Shown one piece after another: positions 26,858 to 38,762 of a DNA stretch of 64,000 nucleotides. The notes beneath the pieces are model-generated. The model was given only the letters and a program-made list of their open reading frames with translations, did no database searches and was not told the origin of the DNA. Within the stretch, counting starts at the first letter, position 1; every line of letters begins with the position of its first letter. The position numbers and the translations under genes are program-made. This DNA comes from Eledone cirrhosa (Eukaryota), in contig OZ024745.1 in assembly GCA_964016885.1 (NCBI GenBank), forward strand, positions 41,912,001 through 41,976,000. Reading direction: 5' to 3'.

Positions 26858-27167
26858 ATGCATATATATATATATATATATATGTAGTGTGTACCACTTA
26901 CATGTATTTATTAATTGGAAAGGCAGAATCGTTATTGAATCGAATGAAATGTTTTGCAATATTTCGTTATGGCCCTTTACGTTCTAGTTTCAAATACGGC
27001 CAAAATCAACTTTATGCTTTATCATTCGTAGATCGATTAAATAAAGCAAAAGTTTTCTTTTCTTTTTCCAAAAAAATTGCTGGCTTTGAGCCATTTTAAA
27101 GAAAGCACGTACTAATACATAGAAAATGGTTTAAAACTATAGTGAATGTTAAGTGTAATATCTTTCA

Positions 27168-27320
27168 GCGGTTGTGAAGGTGCGTGCTTTATCTTCGAGC
27201 ACGGCATTTCTATAACGTTGCTCCCGTCCACTCAGTTGGTAAAATTAAGATGTAACTATAATTCAAATGACCAACCAGATCACAGACTCTGTCACGTTGA
27301 ATTTCCCTGAGAACTGCGTT
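27168..27320 (+). mobile_element. Degenerate SINE (family 2-related)
   Basis: gagcacggcatttctataacgttgctcccgtccactcag..gtcacgttgaatttccctgagaact. Confidence 0.5.
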
Positions 27321-27834
27321 AATTTCAAGAACAGACTGTTCCATTATTTGAACAAATATGGTGACGTACAAACATTTCGAGATATTATTGACTCGAAATA
27401 AGAGTGAAACTCAGATAATAATCAAAGTTTCAGTTATGTATATTCCTATTCTTTAAAATTCTTTCTTCCAGGAAGAAGCTAAGAGGATACACGCTTTGCT
27501 GAATTACTTTGGCCATATTGTAAGATTTTATAGGAAAATTTCGCCAGCTTCGGTTTGGTGCAACAAGTAAGCACAACTGTACAATATAAGGCGACTCTTA
27601 CCACTTTCTTCCGTCACCGGGAGCTTATATAACCAATTTGTTAAAATAATTTGATAGTGGAAAAAGATATACGTGCGGTAAAGGTTCTAAATCTAAGTTA
27701 ATGTCAATAAAATACATATCCGCTCAACGTCCCTAAAAATAGATCATAAATATATATATTTATACAACATTCAATGTTTTCAAAATTGAGTCCTACTTCT
27801 CTTGCAAGCTATTAAGAAGAAAATCCATTCGATT

Positions 27835-28600
27835 CCTCCTCTCCTCCTACTCCTCCTCCTCCTTCTTCTTCTTCTTCTTCTTCTTCTTCTTCTTCTTCTT
27901 CTTCTTCTTCTTCTTCTTCTTCTTCTTCCTGGGAGATTCCTGGGGCCAGAATCTTCAGACATGCTTTCCAGAAATTCCTATCAAAAACGACCCTCTCCAA
28001 TTGACCTGGATCGATCTCCAAGCGAGACCAAACGTTCTCGTGTATGTTACCCAACAATCTTGCTCGGGAGCTACTTCTTCTGAGTCCCTTTTTGGTTGGC
28101 TTTGCGCTTCAAATCTGCCCAAAGATTCTTTCCTTAGACATTCTCACCACATGTCTGTAGTATTAGAGATTTGATCCCTGATTTGGAGTGACACTTTGAT
28201 CATCAGGTTACGCACTCCGAGAACCCCCCGGGGGAACCTAATTGCGGCTTCATGTATTTTCACTCGTATTATTGCGGTCATTACTTAAGATTCATGATTA
28301 TAGGTAACGGAAGGCATGACACCAAATTTAAGATAGTGAGTTTGGTTTTACAGCTACTTCTATTGACCATGTGTTGAAGCTGGCACATTACTGTACCAGC
28401 ACTTGCAATTCGTACATTTAATTCAGGCTCCTGTCTTCCATCACTCGTGAATCGACCTCGGGCTACTTGAATATTTCCACCTGCTTCAGTGGAACTCCTC
28501 TCATGCAGAGCACACCGCGCAGACATCCTTGAGAGGGCGATTGTCTCAGTCTTTGAAGCACAGATTTTCATTCTTGTCGTGCAGCACTCGTAAGCAAACA
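27835..28600 (-). mobile_element. RTE-clade LINE, decayed 3' part with (GAA)n tail
   Basis: MKICASKTETIALSR..FTSDGRQEPELNVRIASAGTVMCQL..KTKLTI and WSRLEIDPGQLERVVFDRNFWKACLKILAP, ending in (GAA)n. Confidence 0.85.
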
Positions 28601-28749
28601 TATACCCTTTCCTTAAAATATGGTGAGCTTGTGCGAATTTAAAATTATATCTATATATTATGTTATATAAATTAAATACGCCCATAGCTATGGTATAGTA
28701 AATGTTATGCAGATTTAGATATATACAAAATATGTAATACGAAATATAC

Positions 28750-28817
<68 letters not shown>

Positions 28818-29746
28818 AATTTTTTTAGCGGCGTCGATCGAGTTACAAAACTTCGAAAATTAAGACTTTAGAGTAAAGTTAATGACTTAATGGCTACAAC
28901 ACACGTTTTTTTTTACTATGAAAATAGTCAAACTAGTAAGTCAAACGAAAATATTTGAACAGTGCGAGCACTCAATTTTGGTAGCAAAAGTGTAGAATTG
29001 TCATTTCTAATTAGAAAACGGCAGTGAATTCGAAGTCTTCTTCTTCATCGCCCACTTATTTCTGGGGGAATCGTGGGGACAGATTTCTCAAACACTCTTT
29101 CCAGCGAGTCTAGTCAGAAGCAGACGTCCCCAACTGATCCAAATTCGAAGTATATTGTATAAATAGGAACATCTTTTATTGAAAACATGACTATGCCCAA
29201 GTTTGCTAACTTTTTATTAAGGATATTTTGCCTTTCAGTAGTTCATTATGCCTATTTTGGAACTTCCTATATCCATTTGTCTCTGAACGTTTCGAAGACT
29301 TCGTGGCTCCATTTTCAGAATTAGAATGGTCCTACTAGTGGCGCATTTGTTACGTGGTTAACTGCGGTCGTAAAATACCGCGGGATTGTAAGAGGTCGTG
29401 GATCCCTGAATTAAAATGTCTCAACGATTGAACCAGTGCACTTATTTTAATAGGTTTCAAGCATATTGTATCTGTGTTAATTATTAGCTTTTAGTGTGAT
29501 ATCATTAGAAGCCGCTTAGTTGATAAACCTAATTTGTGTGTAATGCTATATAGTATTGTAGTATTATCAAGTAATGTAGTCATATCTAGTTTCTTTGCAT
29601 CGAATGTATAGAATTTCGTGGTTTAACCGACGTGAAATTGTAGGGCTTGTATGACAGATGAAGAGAATTTGGTCATGAAGGTTGCGAAGTTCATAACCAA
29701 GATTGATCAAACTGGAGCATAGTCGTGCATTGAATATATATATATA

Positions 29747-29808
<62 letters not shown>

Positions 29809-30269
29809 CGCTTCAAAGTGTAATATATATATATAATGTATGGGCGGGTGTTTATGTTTGTGTGTGTGTCTGTGTGTGTCGGTGTGTGCCTCATGTATGC
29901 GCACCTGTGTCTATCTGTATGTGTGTGTGATTGAGAGAAAAGTGAGATGGAGAGAGAATGAAAAGAATGAAAGAATGAAAGAGGAAGGCAAACATTACAA
30001 AAACCAAAGAATAAAAGAATGAGGGCAATAGATAAATCAGTTAGAAAAATATAAAGAATAAAGGATACCATAAAAGTGACGAAATACAGGTAGAAAGAAG
30101 GAAATAGTAAAAATAGAAGAAATATTGCATCCCTATAGATGAATTGGTGGTAGCATAAGAATAGAGAGAAGGTGGAATAAAATCGACAAAAAAATGAAGG
30201 AAGGAAAGAACGGAGGAATAATTGAAAGAGTAATGTAAGTAAAATAATATATATATATATATATATATA

Positions 30270-30366
<97 letters not shown>

Positions 30367-30588
30367 TTATTTATTTATTTATATATATATATATATTATT
30401 TATTTATTTATATATATATATATATTTACTTATTTATTTATATATATATATATATATTTATTTATTTATATATATATATATTTATTTATTTATTTATATA
30501 TATATATATTTATTTATTTATTTATATATATGTATATATATATTTATTTATTTATATATATATATTGATTTATTTATATATATATATA

Positions 30589-30619
<31 letters not shown>

Positions 30620-30726
30620 TTATTTATTTATTTATATATATATATATATTTATTTATTTATATATATATATATATTTATTTATTTATATATATATATATA
30701 TATTTATTTATATATATATATATATA

Positions 30727-31291
30727 AAAACAAATAACGAAACGAAATTAAATTTCGTTTCGTTTGTAACTTACTTTTGAATGACTGACGCTTAAACAAT
30801 TAAGTTAAAAATGTACATCCACATATGTATACTGAAATACTAGTATGCATATGAATACACACACGTGTACATATGTAGATGTACCGAGTTTTTCACTGGA
30901 CACTTTACTGTGAGTGTTCAGCTAGTCTGTATGTAAACACACAGACAAACGGGTTTTTAGAGTCATACTGGTTTTCGAGGAAACACCTTTCCTCTATTCT
31001 CCAGAAAGCCAGACAGGAACATTGGACTAGTTTCGATGTTGTTACATCTCATCAGCAATATTTACCTATCCTCCGGCCTTTCTGGAGAATAGAGGAAAGG
31101 TGTTTCCTCGAAAACCAGTATGACTCTAAAAACCGGTTTGTCTGTGTGTTTACATACAGACTAGCTGAACACTCACAGTAAAGTGTCCAGTGAAAAACTC
31201 GGTACATCTACATATGTACACGTGTGTGTATTCATATGCATACTAGTATTTCAGTATACATATGTGGATGTACATTTTTAACTTAATTGTT
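30727..31291 (-). mobile_element. Fold-back hammerhead element
   Basis: 214-bp arms 30795-31008 and 31078-31291 (one mismatch seen), 69-bp loop, tail 30727-30794, AT-microsatellite flanks. Confidence 0.88.
31021..31059 (-). ncRNA. Canonical minimal type I hammerhead ribozyme
   Basis: Minus strand: attg-CTGATGA-gatgt-aaca-acatc-GAAA-ctag-TC-caat. Intact core, palindromic stem III (actagt), GUC site. Confidence 0.9.
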
Positions 31292-31336
31292 ATATATATA
31301 TATTTATTTATTTATTTATTTATATATATATATATA

Positions 31337-31470
<134 letters not shown>

Positions 31471-31478
31471 TTATTTAT

Positions 31479-31719
31479 AGGAATAGAATGACACGAAATT
31501 TCATTTCTCACTCTTACCACGGCACTTACTTAAATGTAAGTATGTATGTATGTATACGTACATACATATATGTATACAGACGTACAGTAGTATGTATATA
31601 TATATATACATACATGCACACATACGTGCATATAAAATATGTGTGCGTGTATGTATATATATATACATACTACTGTACGTCTGTATACATATATGTATGT
31701 ACGTATACATACAGACATA
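31479..31719. repeat. Fold-back repeat with unique left tail
   Basis: 31541-31624 inverted at 31638-31719 (cagacgtacagtagtatg / catactactgtacgtctg). Confidence 0.7.
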
Positions 31720-31725
31720 CATATA

Positions 31726-31849
<124 letters not shown>

Positions 31850-32268
31850 GAGATAGAGAGAGAGATAGAAAGATATTACTCAGAGTAACTACACAGACTA
31901 AACTCTGTAATATAACAAACACATATTTACTACATTGGTATTAAGTACTTTTCATAGGTCTTGCAAACCAAACGCACGGATAAATAAATGTTTACTTATT
32001 CATACATAGATACATACGTACATACATACACACACACACATATATATTTTTATATATATAAATACCTCATATATATATATATAAACATACAGAGATATAA
32101 ATGTGTGTGTGTGGGGGGGTCCTTGTGTGTGTTCATCTCGTGGTCTTGGTAGTCCACAAAGGAGGTAGAACTCAATATTAAGAATAGTGTATAGTAAAGC
32201 TATGTTGTAAGAAAACTGAGTAAATGTAATTATACATCCACCCACTTTCATATATGTATAATGTCAAT

Positions 32269-32300
<32 letters not shown>

Positions 32301-32310
32301 GTGTGTAAAT

Positions 32311-32373
<63 letters not shown>

Positions 32374-32498
32374 TGTGTTTATGGTATGCGACTAAATCTG
32401 TGTAGATATAAATATATTATGTGTAAAGGCCGAAGATATTTTATGACAGGGAGGGAGCAAGTGAGAGAGAGTGAAGGAAAGAAAGAAAGGGAAGGAAC

Positions 32499-32570
<72 letters not shown>

Positions 32571-32704
32571 TGCTGTCTCTCAGAGAAAGAGAGAGAGGGA
32601 AAGAGGTGAGTGAACGTCTGAGTGAAAGAATAAATCAATATGGTTGTGAGAGAGGGAGTGAACTAAGCAAGTATGACTGAACACTGAACTACTCAACAGT
32701 GGAG

Positions 32705-32716
32705 CCTATATAAAAC
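32705..32716 (+). promoter_or_regulatory. Candidate TATA box in a unique-sequence island
   Basis: cctatataaaac downstream of a long (GA)n tract and followed by non-repetitive sequence; motif only. Confidence 0.25.
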
Positions 32717-33183
32717 AGCGACTGCTCATTTTTTCTTGTTTTTGATTAAACGTGATTCATTCGCTTACGACTGAACGCTGTTGGTTGGACTATGCTGTTC
32801 GGGTGGTGCAGCTATGTCAGTGCATATTAGTCGCTGGAACATGGTTGGTGCAAATAGTTGCAGACACGTGACCATTCTAATTGTCTGTTTGTTTTTTTTA
32901 TTCTTTTTATTCTTTTTATTTTGTTTGTGTTGGTCACCAATAGCAACAAGATGGACGGGTCAGTAGGTTTAAATGTCCAGTTTTTAACACATGTCCGTAA
33001 TATTGATATTTAAGCAGCCCCCATTACTGGACACACTCAATCACAGCAATCTCTCGCAGTTTTCCGAACACACAAATATATTATAGCTATGTGTATGTTA
33101 TAGGATATTTTGTGTGTGTGTGTGTGTGTCTTCTATGTTATTGTGTTCATATATTAGTATCTTTCTCTACAATTATACTTACT

Positions 33184-33255
<72 letters not shown>

Positions 33256-33300
33256 AAAGTGCATATCTCTCCCTTCTCTCTCTCCCTCTTAGACTCACTT

Positions 33301-33330
<30 letters not shown>

Positions 33331-33333
<3 letters not shown>

Positions 33334-33415
33334 CGAAGGAGTTGTGGTAAGGAACCAGATGGACCATAACGCACCAGAGTACTCAATACTTAGGGTAGTA
33401 GAGTGGGTAATACTT

Positions 33416-33420
<5 letters not shown>
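33331..33420 (-). mobile_element. Family B copy 3 (short)
   Basis: Near-identical to 10879-10960; between (TA)n tracts. Confidence 0.78.
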
Positions 33421-33470
<50 letters not shown>

Positions 33471-33471
<1 letters not shown>

Positions 33472-33690
33472 AAAAGTTCTATTTAAATTGTTGGGATACA
33501 ACAAGCAAATATTTTTATAACTGATATAAAGCACTCAACAAATATTTGGAGTAAAAATATGATATTAACAAATGGAAACTATATTTATAAAACCATATTT
33601 ATTTCATTATACATAAACTTGTTGTCCTTGAAATATGTATAATGAAATAAATATGGTTTTATAAATATAGTTTCCATTTGTTAATATCGT
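33471..33690 (-). mobile_element. Family G fold-back element (copy 1)
   Basis: Arms 33561-33615 and 33634-33688 with left tail; same family as 49146-49478 in the opposite orientation. Confidence 0.82.
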
Positions 33691-33781
33691 TATATATATA
33701 TATATTTATATTTATATATATTCCACTTCCTCCAAGCGTGAAGCTAATATAACAGTGTGCCTCTCGTGTTTTGTTTGTTTC

Positions 33782-33900
<119 letters not shown>

Positions 33901-34081
33901 TTTATTTATAAATGGTACTCCAGCATGGCCGCAGTATAATGACTGAAGCACCAATAAAAGAAGAAAGGAATATATATGTGCACGTGGGCGTATCGTAGTG
34001 GATAAATAGCTTTGAGACAGGAATACATGAACGTCACAGCTTTTCGTTTCCAGCAGTAGCAGTAACTGCAGTAGCAGCAGC

Positions 34082-34129
<48 letters not shown>

Positions 34130-34241
34130 TATTGTTGTTATTGTTTTTGTTGTAGTAACAGCAGAAGTAGATATAGTATCAGTTAGTATAATGATAGTGA
34201 TGCTGGTTAATTTCTTCGTATTACTATTGCTATTGTGAATA

Positions 34242-34547
34242 CGTGTGGCTTAATGATTTGAGTGTTCAGCTCCTAAGTTGGTGAGTTCGATTCCCGGCAG
34301 TGAATTGTGTCTTTAAGAAGAACTTATATTTCCCGTTACTCCAGTTCATTCAGCTAGCAAAAATGTTATTCAAAAGGTCGGTATCTCACACCCTATGCCA
34401 TGTTGAATGTTCCTATGAAGCCCTTTACGGTTTGAGTTCAAATACTGCCGAGGTTAACTTTGCCTTTCATCCTTACGGGGTCGATAAAATAAAGTACCAG
34501 TAATACACTGGGTAATTGCTGGGCCTTGTGCCAAAAATAGAAACAAT
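34242..34547 (+). mobile_element. Adjacent SINE family 2-related and SINE family 1 fragments
   Basis: gtggcttaatg..gagttcgattccc..ctccagttcattcagct (to ~34415), then gagttcaaatactgccgaggttaactttgcctttcatcc..gaaacaatt. Confidence 0.75.
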
Positions 34548-34835
34548 TATTTTAATAAGCAGGCTGATCCGTTGTTCAAACAACTGGAACATTCGTCGTC
34601 GGAACCGACGGATGTCCAACAAACAGTTGGTATTAGTGAGTGTGGTGGTTGTGGTGATGTAGTCTGTTGTCAAAATCGGAAAGAGGAAGCAATTGTCTAC
34701 TTCCGGATTAGATCATTAACAAGATGTTATATCTGCATATTCGGAAAGATTAGAAGTAAAATCTCTTATAAATTGAAGTAATGCCTCATTTCATGCTATT
34801 ATTACACGTTTAATAACGCAATTCTAGTTGTTGAA

Positions 34836-34913
<78 letters not shown>

Positions 34914-35380
34914 GTACATACGAATGTATACGTACATACACACAGACACACACACACACATACAGACATACACACACATATACATACATACGAATGTATA
35001 CGTACATACACACATACACAAACATATATATATATATATGTGTGTGTGTGTGCCTGTTTCTATGTGACCGGATATTACAGCGATTTCTGCTCCTTATGAC
35101 AGTACTTCTCCCTCTAGTGGTGCTGAGCAGCATTGATGATACCAGAGAATGTCGCGGTTCTCTTGGCCTACACTCTAACACGCTTTCCTCCTTTACCTCC
35201 ATGCAGCCACACCAGTAAACCTGATGAAACTGAGACCACTCTAACTTTGTAGCAACTCTTTTGTTTTACTAATTGCCTATTTGTTCTTTGCTGTCCTTTA
35301 TCGGTTAGGTTCCCTTTCCACGAATAACCGGTCAGCTTCCATTCCTAAGCCCATTGCCAGTCCTGTAGGAAGTAGTAGAT

Positions 35381-35521
35381 AAAACTCAGCTATTGCTGGT
35401 ACTCAGTTTCAGCTGAGTTTACTGAAGCAACGTGAAATGAAGTGTTTTGCTCAAGAACACAACACACATCCCAGTCAAGGAATTGTAAGTCCAACACCCT
35501 TACTACAAGGCCATGCATCTC
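35381..35521 (-). mobile_element. SINE family 2, partial
   Basis: aaactcagctattgctggtactcagtttcagctgagt..gcaacgtgaaatgaagtg matches 19380-19450 and 56915-56985. Confidence 0.75.
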
Positions 35522-35569
35522 CACATACATAGATATATATTTCATTCTTTGCTCTCCAACTCTGTCCCA

Positions 35570-35750
35570 GAGATGTAGACATCAAGATATTCTAACGTGG
35601 ACAGACCTCACAGAAACTATATAAAATAAAACTCCGAGAGAATGCTGAGTGCAATTCAGAGGACCTGCCAGGAGCAGTGGACTACAGAATCGGAGGAAGA
35701 AGAGTCACTGTGACCCGTGTAAACAGCACCCCAATATGATGATGATGATG
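35570..35750 (+). mobile_element. RTE-clade LINE extreme 3' end
   Basis: RGxPHRNYI..ENAECNSEDLPGAVDYR..RRVTVTRV (frameshifted) followed by a (TGA)n tail. Confidence 0.55.
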
Positions 35751-35773
35751 ATATATATATACTCTATCAACCA

Positions 35774-35855
<82 letters not shown>

Positions 35856-35858
35856 ATA

Positions 35859-35894
<36 letters not shown>

Positions 35895-35946
35895 CCCAAG
35901 GCTCTGATACCATCAACACAGAGCTGGCATATCTAAGAACTGACTA

Positions 35947-36002
35947 ACTGCCTGATGAGGTCATAGCCATTCAATGGCTATCATCGAAATATATATAGCA
36001 GT
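35947..36002 (+). ncRNA. Type I hammerhead ribozyme
   Basis: actgc-CTGATGA-ggtcatagccat-tca-atggctatcatc-GAAA-tatata-TA-gcagt, followed by aaataaa; lies within a 35893-36057 insert between microsatellites. Confidence 0.85.
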
Positions 36003-36062
36003 AAATAAAGGATTATGAGTTCATGCATTTGACTTACTTTTCGTCAATATATATATATCTCA

Positions 36063-36175
<113 letters not shown>

Positions 36176-36631
36176 GGGTGATAGAGTGTGTGTGTGACAA
36201 CAACGGAGAAGGGGATAGAGAGAAAAAAACAAAGAGACAAAGAGAGAAAGAGAGCGCAAAAGAACAGGAGAGATAGAGAGATGTCATTGTTTTGACCAAA
36301 TCTAAATTTGTCCTATATACATTCTTGGAACCTGCTCCTACGGTTTTCCGTACTGGCATGACTGACTTAGAAATGCATGACAAATAATAGAAAAAATTGT
36401 CAGTCTGGAGACTGACTACACTTGTTCACCAAAAAGGTCGTTGGTGGGGGGCAATTTAATGGTTTTTACACACATTCTTTCAAAAAAGAAATGAATCAAA
36501 TTTTAGCTAATCCGAAACTAATGTTAAGATATGGCATCTGCACTAACATACATACATACATACATACATAATACATACATACATACATACATACATACAT
36601 ACATACATACATACATACATACATACATACA

Positions 36632-37230
36632 TGGTGGCTGCCAACTCGTTTTCGAGTACGGCCACTACTTTATATCCATGTAGAAGAACCCCTACCGATG
36701 CGATGAACGAGTGTGACTTTTTAGTCCAGCCAGTGACTTGAAAACTCTGGTACAATCACTACACTTGTGACAATTATTGACACATAGTGCTGGGCCCATG
36801 GTACCATGTGACGACAAGTGCAGAGAGATCTCCAGATATAAAGCAATGCCTGTGCCGTGAAGCTTTTATAGTGAGCAAAGGCACTGCACAAAGCCAGTCC
36901 CACTCTCTTAACCAAGATGATATTTACCAAAAAGAAGAACAAGTCAACATCATTGGATACCATCAGGGTTGCAGGTGTTATATCAGAGTTTTCCTTCTCC
37001 TAGAATTCTGCCTTGACAAAGGCTAAGGGGTCATCTCTGCCGGTGATTTTGGATGGCCATTGACTCTTAAGAGCTCCTTTGCCCTTTGACAGGTTTTGTT
37101 TTTAGTCCTGCAGGATGTCCAAAGTCACCCTCCTCACCAAGAAACCTTGGTGGGGTTGGCAGTTTAGTCGCTAACGACCCGACCATGAGACATGTTGTAT
37201 TGGGATACATGTTATCAGTAGCACCTGACA
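36632..37230 (-). mobile_element. Repeat inserted in (TACA)n, probable LINE (RTE-like) 5' UTR-type sequence
   Basis: Bounded by (TACA)n on both sides; partial second copy at 21990-22250. Family assignment is from recall only. Confidence 0.45.
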
Positions 37231-37326
37231 TACATACATACATACATACATACATACATACATACATACATACATACATACATACATACATACATACATA
37301 CATACATACATACATACACACATGCA

Positions 37327-37886
37327 TATATGATATGGGACAGGGAGAAGAAAGCATGCACAGTAGTGGAAATTAGTTGCCCAGCAGATGCCAATAAAAT
37401 ATCAAAGATTAGTGAAAAGAAGAATATTTATGCAGAACTGATGAGAAATCTTCAGATACTCCACCCTGATTACACCTTCAGATTTATGCCTGTGATTATT
37501 GGGGCACTGGGGTATGTTAGTAACTGCCTCAATACAAATCTTGAGAAGCTAGGCTTCACAGGAACAGAAAGAACACAACTAGTTAAGAAATTTCAAGTAC
37601 AATCCATTAATGGAACAGTAAAAATATGTAAAACATTCCAAAAATGTTGCATCTAATAACTGCATATACACATGTACAGATGCAAAGCATATACACATGC
37701 ACACATACAACTCAAAACATACACATCCACACATACAATAACATCCATATCTACACATGCATGCATACATACATATCTACCTAGTTGATGTTGTGTAAAT
37801 TCCAATGAGAGAGTCTTGTGTCTATGTTAGAAACCGACTCTATCTCTATTGGTAAAACTTTGTGAAATTATAAAAACAGAAGAACA
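37327..37886 (+). mobile_element. R4/Dong-like LINE 3' end (restriction-like endonuclease C-terminus and 3' UTR)
   Basis: IWDREKKACTVVEISCPADAN..SEKKNIYAEL..PVIIGALGYV: RLE-type C-terminal motif; flanked by (TACA)n. Confidence 0.85.
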
Positions 37887-38702
37887 TATACATACAAACA
37901 TACATATATACATTATATATGTACATACATATGTACATGTATATGTACACCTGTTCCATGTGATCTAAGGGTAGATGTTTTAACCTACTTAAACAGAATG
38001 GAAACAGACATCATATCATTTAAAAAATTGAATAGGAAAAGAAAAGAAAGAAATGAATGGATATCAGGAAAATACCTTTGCTGAAACATGTGCGGTTTAG
38101 TTTGTAATCATGCTAGAAAGTCGAATTGTCTTTCACAGTAAGGTTGTAATGTTTATTTGTGACTGGTGTACCTTATCTTTGTGTTGATTCTAACATTTTA
38201 TGCTATACGTATCGTTTCCACCATCCATCGTTTAGTTTGTTGGATAATTTTGTATAAGATTTACTACTGTTTTCTCATAAAAGTTTTGTTTCATTTTGTG
38301 TGCTGCAATGCATTTCTATTTGTCGTTATTGTAAATGTATGTTTGGACCAGAATGTACATGTAAAGCTAATAAAATAATTAGTCAACGTTCGTGGCAATG
38401 TCCCCATTAACAAAACCCCAATCCCATTGTTTCAGCTTACTAAAATAAGCACACGCCAAAATAAACTACTTCATCCAGAAGATAAGACTATGAATGTCGA
38501 GAAATAGTTATGGCTCTGTAACTTTAGTGTTCTAAATAAATTGGAAAAACTACAATAGGAATATAAGCAAATCGTAATAAACAAATGATAAAACATTCGC
38601 GTTTTTCTATACCATCTCCATTCAGACACAACCTACTCACTTTTATTTCATATCCTCACTACCTATGTTGTATCCAAGGTTTGCAATAATCCCTATTTCT
38701 AG

Positions 38703-38762
38703 TCCTTCCTGCTCAGAAAGTCGGATCCCCGGAATTCCTGCCGGCTCATGTCTTTCCAAAAG
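38703..38762 (+). other. Candidate 60-nt internal exon of an unidentified host gene
   Basis: ccctatttctag|...ccaaaag|gtgagg; GC-richer unique sequence, open in all three frames. Confidence 0.25.

Noticed and set aside
32803-32867. Pre-miRNA-like hairpin (tgcagctat / atagttgca)
   Set aside because: Paired region too short and interior poorly paired; no known mature sequence recognised.
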